The notes beneath the pieces were generated by a model. It worked only from the letters and a program-made list of their open reading frames with translations. It did not search any database and had not been told where the DNA came from. A stretch of DNA of 64,000 bases, from assembly GCA_945901845.1 (NCBI GenBank), contig CAMDLR010000010.1:1143-65142 (forward strand), given 5' to 3'. Position numbers and translations under genes: made by a program. The DNA comes from Sediminibacterium ginsengisoli (GTDB lineage: Bacteria > Bacteroidota > Bacteroidia > Chitinophagales > Chitinophagaceae). Shown piece by piece: positions 56,895 to 64,000 of this stretch; positions within the stretch are counted from its first letter, which is position 1; every line of letters begins with the position of its first letter.

Positions 56895-59570
56895 ATGCAC
56901 TATTTTTGCCAAGTGAATAGAAGCAAACAACGTAAAATTAACGTAAAAACACCACCTACTATTGTAATAGGCATTGTTTTGCTTTTATTAACATTTCAGC
57001 AGGAATCTAGGGCTGTTTTGGTGCAAATTACCCCTTTATTTCAGGATACCCTCGTTAAAAAGGCAGATACGCTTATCAGAAAGACCGATTCTCTCATCAA
57101 TAAGACCGATACGCTTATTCTCTCAAAAGACTCTATCGATGCGCCAATTGGATATAATGCCTCAGATTCTGGCATATTAATTGTAGAAACAAGGGAGTTT
57201 TTTTTATACGGAAAGGCCAAAACCAATTATCAAGATCTCGCCATAGAAGCCGCAACTATCCGTTATAACCAGCAGTCAAAAATGGTAAAAGCATTTGGCA
57301 GCATGGACTCTAGCGGTAAATTAGATAGTAAACCCGTTTTTATCCAGGGTGAAATGAAATCAATTAGTGATACCATTTCATTTAATATGGAAACCGGTAA
57401 AGGAATAACAAAGAATACTTTTTTTCAGGAAGGGGAAATATTTGTAAATGCATTGACGCTAAAAAAAATGAATGATAGCGTGGTTTACGCAAAAAAAGCT
57501 CGATTTACAACCTGTAATTTAGATACCCCACATTTTGCCTTTAGAACAGGCCGGATGAAAATAATCAATAACAAAATGGGTATTTCTGGCCCTACATTTC
57601 CAGAATTTGAAGGTGTACCTATGCCGGTAGGTATTCCTTTTGGGATTTTTCCACTCAATAGGGGTAGGCATTCGGGCATTTTGGCACCTGCATTTACAGC
57701 ATCTGAAGATTTTGGATTGGGTCTAGAAGGACTTGGTTATTATAAAGTCATTAACGACTATCTAGATTTTACTACAAGGGCCAATATTTATTCTTATGGT
57801 GGATGGAATGTAAACCTAAATTCTAAGTACATCAAGCGGTATGCATTTACGGGTGGCTTTAATCTTACCCTTCAAAATACCAAGAGCTTAAATAGGTTTG
57901 GTGGCACTGGTGAAGAGTTTAACCAAAATAAATCCTTTATGATCAATTGGAGTCATAGCAGGGATAATAGGGCAAGACCGGGAACTAGTTTTTCTGCCAA
58001 TGTAAATTTTGGCAGCTCCAGGTTTAATAGATTGCTACTTAACAATCCCATGCAAAACTTTCAGAACCAGTTAAGTTCTTCCATAAGTTATTCAAAAGAT
58101 TGGAGAGGCAAATACAATTTATCGGTGAATGCTAACCACAACCAAAACAATAATTTACGCCTCGTTAATTTACAACTTCCAACAGTGAATTTTAACGTGG
58201 TAACCTTATATCCTTTTCAATCCAAAGAGCAAATAGGTTCCGGAAAATGGTACGAAAAAATTGGCATAGGGTATAGTGGAAATGTGCAAAACCAATTGTC
58301 TTTTTACGACACGGCGTTTAATTTTAAAAGATTATTAGATACCGCGCAGTGGGGCGCCGTTCATAATATTCCAATATCCATGTCGCTTCCTGCACTCGGG
58401 CCTGTAACCATTAGCCCTAGTATTTCTTACGAAGAACGCTGGTACGGTCAACGGTTTATTAGGAGCTGGAATACGGCCAATAAAAAAGTGGATACGGTTA
58501 AATACAGAGGATTGTATACTGCACGTCAAATGAGTTTTGGGATTAGTGCAGCAACCCGAATTTTTGGTACCTATACTTTTGGTAAAAATAGTAACATCAA
58601 AGGAATTCGCCATGAAATGAGGCCTAGTGTTTCTGTAAATTATCAACCCGACATGGCGGCTGCATACCATTATAGTACACAAATTGATACAACTGGCAGA
58701 AGGTATCGGTTTTCACAATATGAAGGTGGTGTTGTTGGCTCTTTTTCGGAAGGACGTTTCGGTGGGATAGGATTTGGTATAGATAATTTATTGGAAATGA
58801 AAGTACGTGACAAATCGGATTCTACTGCTAAAGACAAAAAAGTAAAACTCATAGAAGGTTTTGGTATTTCTTCTTCCTATAATATGCTAGCCGATAGTTT
58901 TAAACTTGGAACTTTTAATTTATATGCACGAAGTACACTTTTTGAAAAAGTGAATATTAATGCAAGCGCCACGCTAGACCCTTACGATGTGGACAGCAAG
59001 GGCTACCGTTTAAAAACCTATGCGTTTGATCCCAAAGCTTTTAAATTTGGACGCATCACAAGTGGTAGTGTTGCTATTTCTACTTCATTTTCAAGTAAGT
59101 CTAAAGATGGTAAAACAGAAAAAGATAGAGCCATACCAATTGATCCTTTTTTAACACCCGATGAACAACAAAGGCAGTTACAATTTGCGAAATCTAATCC
59201 TGCCGAGTTTACAGATTTTAATATTCCTTGGACAGTTTCTTTCTCTTATTCTTTATCATTTAATAGGCAGATCAAACCAGATTACAGTGGCTTTGAAACA
59301 AGAACTTTTTCAAGTTTAAACTTTAATGGTGATTTTAGTTTAACCGAAAAATGGAAAGTGGGTGGTACAGGTTATTACGACGTTTCAATGGGTGGGCTTC
59401 AACAATTTAGTATGTTTATTTCTCGCGAAATGCATTGCTGGCAAATGTCGATTAATGTAATGCCGGTTGGTATTTTTAGATCCTTTAATATTACCGTGAA
59501 TCCTAAATCAGGAATCTTAAGAGATTTAAAAATTAATAGAAGCAGGGTTTTCTCAAATTCTACCTTCTAA
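56895..59570 (+). CDS. lptD: putative LPS-assembly protein LptD (Bacteroidota long form)
   Basis: About 891 aa. A signal/anchor and an OstA-like N-terminal region are followed by a large beta-barrel-like, Asn/Ser/Tyr/Phe-rich C-terminal region. It lies divergent to the amidase. The ATG at 56895 is preferred over the TTG at 56892. Confidence 0.65.
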   Translation: MHYFCQVNRSKQRKINVKTPPTIVIGIVLLLLTFQQESRAVLVQITPLFQDTLVKKADTLIRKTDSLINKTDTLILSKDSIDAPIGYNASDSGILIVETREFFLYGKAKTNYQDLAIEAATIRYNQQSKMVKAFGSMDSSGKLDSKPVFIQGEMKSISDTISFNMETGKGITKNTFFQEGEIFVNALTLKKMNDSVVYAKKARFTTCNLDTPHFAFRTGRMKIINNKMGISGPTFPEFEGVPMPVGIPFGIFPLNRGRHSGILAPAFTASEDFGLGLEGLGYYKVINDYLDFTTRANIYSYGGWNVNLNSKYIKRYAFTGGFNLTLQNTKSLNRFGGTGEEFNQNKSFMINWSHSRDNRARPGTSFSANVNFGSSRFNRLLLNNPMQNFQNQLSSSISYSKDWRGKYNLSVNANHNQNNNLRLVNLQLPTVNFNVVTLYPFQSKEQIGSGKWYEKIGIGYSGNVQNQLSFYDTAFNFKRLLDTAQWGAVHNIPISMSLPALGPVTISPSISYEERWYGQRFIRSWNTANKKVDTVKYRGLYTARQMSFGISAATRIFGTYTFGKNSNIKGIRHEMRPSVSVNYQPDMAAAYHYSTQIDTTGRRYRFSQYEGGVVGSFSEGRFGGIGFGIDNLLEMKVRDKSDSTAKDKKVKLIEGFGISSSYNMLADSFKLGTFNLYARSTLFEKVNINASATLDPYDVDSKGYRLKTYAFDPKAFKFGRITSGSVAISTSFSSKSKDGKTEKDRAIPIDPFLTPDEQQRQLQFAKSNPAEFTDFNIPWTVSFSYSLSFNRQIKPDYSGFETRTFSSLNFNGDFSLTEKWKVGGTGYYDVSMGGLQQFSMFISREMHCWQMSINVMPVGIFRSFNITVNPKSGILRDLKINRSRVFSNSTF

Positions 59571-60329
59571 TAACTGCTGGTGCTTGGCGTAATAGTTCCA
59601 CATCAATTCAAATACTTCCTCCTTTACTTCCTTACTTGTTTTACCTGCAACATGCACAGGTGGCAAAAAATGCATTTCAATTTTACCAGGCATTAAGCAA
59701 AATCTTGAGTTAGGATGTAATATATTTTTTGAATTAAATAGGATGGTAGGTATGATTCGTTTTTGTGTATCTACGGCTAATCTAAAAGCGCCATCATAAA
59801 AACTTTTAAGCGGGTCGCCGGTTCTGTTTCTAGTGCCTTCTGGATAAATGAGCATATCTAGTCCAACCGCTAAAATGGCTTTCATCTCTTCATAACTTTT
59901 TCTTCGGCTTTGGTCGCTTCTGCGGTCTACTAAAACGCTTCCAAACTTATACACCCAACCAAAAACGGGAACCTTAGAAAAGCTAACTTTAGCAATTGTT
60001 TTATTGGCTCTAGGCATAAATGGTGTACTTACCGGAACATCCATCAGTGAGTTGTGGTTGCATACCACTACATAGTTTTCGCCTTTTACAAAATTGTCGG
60101 CACCCTTAATTTTAATACGGCATCCAATAAAAAATAAGAAAAAACGCATCCAAGCCTGTGTTACTTTTCTGTGCAGTATGGCAACATGGGGTTCCCCTAA
60201 AAAAAAGCAGGGTAGTAAAAAAAACACAGCCACAAACATGGTGGTAATAAAAATGATGATTGCCCAGACTGCCAAAATTCTTCCAGCAATAAATTTAATG
60301 GTCGATATTTTATGTATGGGTTCGCTCAT
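59553..60329 (-). CDS. plsC: 1-acyl-sn-glycerol-3-phosphate acyltransferase
   Basis: 258 aa with an N-terminal TM helix, the HX4D motif (CNHNSLMD) and YPEGTR. Confidence 0.85.
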   Translation of the reverse strand: MSEPIHKISTIKFIAGRILAVWAIIIFITTMFVAVFFLLPCFFLGEPHVAILHRKVTQAWMRFFLFFIGCRIKIKGADNFVKGENYVVVCNHNSLMDVPVSTPFMPRANKTIAKVSFSKVPVFGWVYKFGSVLVDRRSDQSRRKSYEEMKAILAVGLDMLIYPEGTRNRTGDPLKSFYDGAFRLAVDTQKRIIPTILFNSKNILHPNSRFCLMPGKIEMHFLPPVHVAGKTSKEVKEEVFELMWNYYAKHQQLLEGRI

Positions 60330-60338
60330 GTTCTAAAA

Positions 60339-61010
60339 TTAAATATGCCAGTCAATTACTTGAAGTCCTTGTTTTGCAAGTAGTTCATTTGTTTTACTAA
60401 AATGTTTGCAACCAAAAAATCCTTTGTCTGCACTAAAAGGTGAGGGGTGTGCTGCTTTTAAAACAAAGTGTTTGGTTTCATCAATTAAAACTTGTTTTTG
60501 TTCTGCAAATTTACCCCACAATAAAAATATGATTCCTTTTTTTTCATCTGATAATTTTTTGATTACGGCATCTGTAAAATGCATCCATCCAATTTTTGCA
60601 TGACTAGCGGGTTCATCTTCTCGAACTGTTAGCACTGCATTTAATAATAGCACACCTTGTTTAGCCCATGGTGTTAGATCTCCACTTGTTGGTATGGGTA
60701 ATCCAATATCAGATTTTAATTCTTTAAAAATATTAACCAGTGAGGGCGGTGGTTTTATACCTTCTGGTACAGAAAAACTGAGTCCCATGGCTTGACCGCT
60801 TCCGTGGTAAGGGTCTTGACCTAATATAACCACTTTTACATTTCCAAAGCTGGTTTGATTAAATGCGTTAAAAATATGACTACCTGCTGGAAATATTTTT
60901 ACACCAGTTGCTAGTTCTGTTTTTATATGTGCTGCTGTTTGTAAAAAGTATGTTGATTTAAATTCTTTACTCAACATTTCTTTCCAAGAGGATTCAATTT
61001 TTACTTCCAT
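60339..61010 (-). CDS. ung: uracil-DNA glycosylase (family 1)
   Basis: 223 aa with GQDPYHG, PPSL.N, LLLN..LTV and HPSP motifs. Confidence 0.95.
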   Translation of the reverse strand: MEVKIESSWKEMLSKEFKSTYFLQTAAHIKTELATGVKIFPAGSHIFNAFNQTSFGNVKVVILGQDPYHGSGQAMGLSFSVPEGIKPPPSLVNIFKELKSDIGLPIPTSGDLTPWAKQGVLLLNAVLTVREDEPASHAKIGWMHFTDAVIKKLSDEKKGIIFLLWGKFAEQKQVLIDETKHFVLKAAHPSPFSADKGFFGCKHFSKTNELLAKQGLQVIDWHI

Positions 61011-61016
61011 AATTAT

Positions 61017-63242
61017 TTAGTATAAAATACTAACACTGCCAGCAAATGCTTGATGTTTGCCTGATAATTTAATAACATAATAATATACACCAAAAGGTAA
61101 GGTTGTTTGATTTTTTGATTTGCCATCCCAGTTTTTCCCATACCCGCTAGAACTAAATACTTGTTGACCGGTTCTGTTAAATATACTAACCGTACAATTA
61201 GGGTAATAATCTAGTAGGGGAATGCTCCATGTATCATTGATGCCATCACTATTTGGTGAAAATGCATTAGGTGGATTGATGTCTGCATCATTAACAGTGG
61301 CATTGATTGTTTGTACTTGAGCGCATCCAATAGGTGTGGTTGCTTTAATATAATATTTTCCAGTAGCTAAAATTCTTTTTGGTTGTAATAATGGAGTCGA
61401 ACACAAAGAGTCTTGCCAATAACTGTATACCCAATTATTGGATGGTGGTGGAATAGTGGTAATATCTATGGTGACTGGAATTTTTACGGGAGCTGGTTGT
61501 ATTATTGTGAAATTTGGATAATTATTAATGGTTACACTTGCTTTTTTAATAACAGTACATCCGGCGGGTGCCGTAAATTTTATAAAATAATTTGTTGTAC
61601 TATCAAAGCGGTTGTTATTGAATATCGGTTTTGTGGTAAGGCTATCAAAAAAATAATTAACACTTGCAAGTGGATCACTACCTTTTGTTGGGCTAATACT
61701 GTCTAAAGGAATACTTCCACAGGCTGTATAATTGCTAACTACAGTTGTTGGAACTGCACTTATACGCGTATTAATAGGAGCTATATTACTACAACCAAAT
61801 GGGCTCGTACCTAACACAAAATAATTACCCGTTTGTGCAATTTTTGTAGGATTAATCACCGGTGTTTTAGCGAGTGCATCTTGCCAATAACTGTACTTTA
61901 AATTTGGGTCATTACCACTTGTATAAACCGGATCTGTAATATTTATTGTTTCTGGGATACATGCAGCAGCGGGTTGCTTAATGATTAGTGCTGGATTTGG
62001 ATGTATAATTACAGATAGGGGCTTGGTATCTGCGCAACCAGCACTATTGGTTGCCTTTACATAAATTAAACCTGATTTTCCAATGGCTTTTGGAGAAGCA
62101 ACAAAATCGCCACTGGTTGCACTATTAAAATAACTTAGTTTTAATCCGGGGCTACTGCCAGCTGTAACCAAACTATCTGTAACATCGGCGCCATTGTTTT
62201 GACATGCAACAACACTGTCTGCTAATTTAAAAACATAAGGATCCAACGATTTTACAATGGTAGTATATAAAGTATCTAGACAACCTTGATTGGGGTAAGG
62301 CGTAATAACAAGAGCTAGTCTGGTTTTTGGAGGAGGCGCTGGTGTAATGGTAAGCACAACTTCATTTCCAAGTAGTTTTGAAAAATCATCGGTGTACCAT
62401 TTGTAATCCGCAAAGCCGTATGGTGCTGTTAAGTTAAGTCCAGTAATATTGGTACAAAAAACATTGCCAGTAACGGGTGTTGTACAATTGTCATTCACAT
62501 CTAAATAAGCATAACCAAAATGACCACCTCTCGAACAATCGTTGGTTGTAAATTCAAGCCTTAAGGTTTTACCTTGATATCCGGGAAGTTTTAAAGTAAT
62601 AGGTGCCCACTCTTTATAGAATACCGTTTTTTTTACTGTCGATTCTTTAAAGCCCGGTAAGTTGGGAGCCGAAATAAATTCGAAAGCGCCACAGGTTTCA
62701 TATTTATTATCGGTAACATTAAAAACCTTGACCATAAATTTTGGTTGTTCCCAATCTTGATGGCCAGCAGGGTTTTCAAATACAACAGCGTAATTATAAA
62801 TAATGCTATAATCACCTTCGGTTGAAGGAACGGTGAATGTATACGAAACCCCTTGTGCTTCTGCTTGTGTTTGGTCGTTACCAAGTTTTAACGAATAGCC
62901 GCTACCATTTGGACAGCTTGTAGGGAAGCCGCCGTAATAGTCTTTGGCGGTAGTACCCGGAAAATTGGTAATAATGGTATGTTTGCCGTCTTGCGGGCTT
63001 CCAAGTGTCATATTTAATGCTCCATTGGAACGGGCAATAGATCCATCAAAAGCGTCCCAGCTACCTAAATTCCCGGTTTCAAAGCCAATATTGGGTGGGC
63101 AGCCTTGTCCCAAAGCTTTATTGATGCCTCCGAAGATGCATAAAATGCTCAATAATAAGTATGTACAAGCTTTTAACACGTCCTTGTAAATGTCGTGAAA
63201 AATAATGGGAAATAGACGGTAAAGTCCGCAAAAAAGCCCCAA
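61017..63242 (-). CDS. T9SS type-B sorting domain (CHU_C / gliding-motility-associated C-terminal domain) cell-surface protein
   Basis: The C-terminal NAFSPNSDGINDTW.I......C.V.IFNR.G..V....GY...WDG......LP.G.YYY is the type-B sorting domain. Upstream are at least four Ig-like modules ending in ..GC.....V.V. The true start is probably the GTG at 63179 (VLKACTYLLLSIL signal), not 63242. Confidence 0.8.
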   Translation of the reverse strand: MGLFCGLYRLFPIIFHDIYKDVLKACTYLLLSILCIFGGINKALGQGCPPNIGFETGNLGSWDAFDGSIARSNGALNMTLGSPQDGKHTIITNFPGTTAKDYYGGFPTSCPNGSGYSLKLGNDQTQAEAQGVSYTFTVPSTEGDYSIIYNYAVVFENPAGHQDWEQPKFMVKVFNVTDNKYETCGAFEFISAPNLPGFKESTVKKTVFYKEWAPITLKLPGYQGKTLRLEFTTNDCSRGGHFGYAYLDVNDNCTTPVTGNVFCTNITGLNLTAPYGFADYKWYTDDFSKLLGNEVVLTITPAPPPKTRLALVITPYPNQGCLDTLYTTIVKSLDPYVFKLADSVVACQNNGADVTDSLVTAGSSPGLKLSYFNSATSGDFVASPKAIGKSGLIYVKATNSAGCADTKPLSVIIHPNPALIIKQPAAACIPETINITDPVYTSGNDPNLKYSYWQDALAKTPVINPTKIAQTGNYFVLGTSPFGCSNIAPINTRISAVPTTVVSNYTACGSIPLDSISPTKGSDPLASVNYFFDSLTTKPIFNNNRFDSTTNYFIKFTAPAGCTVIKKASVTINNYPNFTIIQPAPVKIPVTIDITTIPPPSNNWVYSYWQDSLCSTPLLQPKRILATGKYYIKATTPIGCAQVQTINATVNDADINPPNAFSPNSDGINDTWSIPLLDYYPNCTVSIFNRTGQQVFSSSGYGKNWDGKSKNQTTLPFGVYYYVIKLSGKHQAFAGSVSILY

Positions 63243-63431
63243 AAATAGGTGTTTGGGGCTTAGTTATGACTTTACTAGGTTAGGGTTGATATTGTCGTTT
63301 CACGATATTGGATTGACAATGCATTAACAATTTTATTAATTTAATTAGTTTATTTTTATCTAACACTTTTACTGATGAGGTAACCATATTTCATTAATAA
63401 TTGTTGATCTTTTGTAATAAAAAATAATTAT

Positions 63432-64000
63432 ATGATGCGATATAGATTTTTTTCTTTTTGTCTTGCTGGTATTTTGATACCCTGCGTTATACATGCAAGG
63501 TGTCAGCAAAAAACGGTTGATTCAGCTATATCAAATATTAAGACAAATGGCAAGGTGTATTCATTTAAAGACATTAAAAAAAAGCAAAAAGAGCTTAAAG
63601 GTTTTCAATTTATACAAGGTGGAACTTTCTCGACCGTTAAACCAGATAAAGGTATAGATCGAAAACCAGAAAATGATACTAGTTTAATCATAGATTTGGA
63701 ACCAGGCAAAAGATTAACTGTTTCAAGTTTTTTTATGTCTGAAAAGGAGGTTACAAACCTTGAATATCGAACATTTGTAAATTGGGTTATTGATTCGATT
63801 GCCCTAACAATTTTGGCAGCTAAAGATCCTGAATTTTATATTGATCAAGAAAAAAAGACATTGAACTGGTCGCGTCGATTAGAAGCAAGAGATACCAGTC
63901 AATTCAAGAATTTATATCCTCTGTACATAGTGAACCCAATTTCAAGTTCGAAAAAGTCAGAACAGCAAAACCATATTTTAAATGCATATGCTGTTCAGTT
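63432..64000 (+). CDS. FGE-sulfatase (SUMF1) domain / GldJ-like lipoprotein, N-terminal part only
   Basis: My own translation is MMRYRFFSFCLAGILIPCVIHARCQQ...FQFIQGGTF...FFMSEKEVTNLEYRTFVNWV... The GGTF and E.TN.EY..FV blocks resemble the start of FGE/GldJ-type domains. The frame is open to the window end. Confidence 0.45.
   Translation, partial: MMRYRFFSFCLAGILIPCVIHARCQQKTVDSAISNIKTNGKVYSFKDIKKKQKELKGFQFIQGGTFSTVKPDKGIDRKPENDTSLIIDLEPGKRLTVSSFFMSEKEVTNLEYRTFVNWVIDSIALTILAAKDPEFYIDQEKKTLNWSRRLEARDTSQFKNLYPLYIVNPISSSKKSEQQNHILNAYAVQ

Overview
This 64-kb window looks like core chromosome from a Bacteroidota genome, with roughly 40% GC by eye. Support for that placement: TAnnTTTG -7 promoter boxes, a T9SS type-B (CHU_C) cargo protein, a GldJ/FGE-like gene, rpmB-rpmG-DUF4295-ftsY synteny and a b558-type sdhCAB operon. 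Coding density is high and almost everything is housekeeping. Energy and amino-acid metabolism includes pdhA, pruA, sdhCAB, kynA/kynU, pyrF, aroK and a polyprenyl synthase. Translation and RNA functions include rpsO-pnp, rpmB-rpmG, prfB with its programmed +1 frameshift, tsaD, prmA, rnz, an ABC-F protein, RNase P RNA and tRNA-Leu(CAA). Envelope and division functions include ftsK-lolA, plsY, plsC, ftsY, MlaD, an OstA-like protein, an LptD-like protein, an amidase and a Wzy_C/TPR protein. Stress and repair functions are katG, ung and an Smr protein. I found no CRISPR array, integrase, transposase, recognisable defence system or toxin-antitoxin pair. The least explained stretch is the 0.7-kb noncoding island at 34612-35308 next to tRNA-Leu. 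It holds a terminator-capped candidate small RNA of about 140 nt built from an imperfect tandem duplication, an 18-nt AT-rich tandem iteron and a GC-rich structured patch. Other points worth a second look: (1) several genes whose -7 box ends 4-5 nt before the ATG, implying leaderless mRNAs; (2) an SGNH hydrolase apparently co-transcribed with kynureninase where no formamidase is visible; (3) an exported PLP-enzyme / beta-propeller-phosphoesterase / sulfatase cluster; (4) katG flanked by two AT-rich, Cys-rich secreted orphans; (5) a translationally coupled MlaD / OstA-like pair. All functional calls rest on my own recognition of motifs in the translations. No database search was run.
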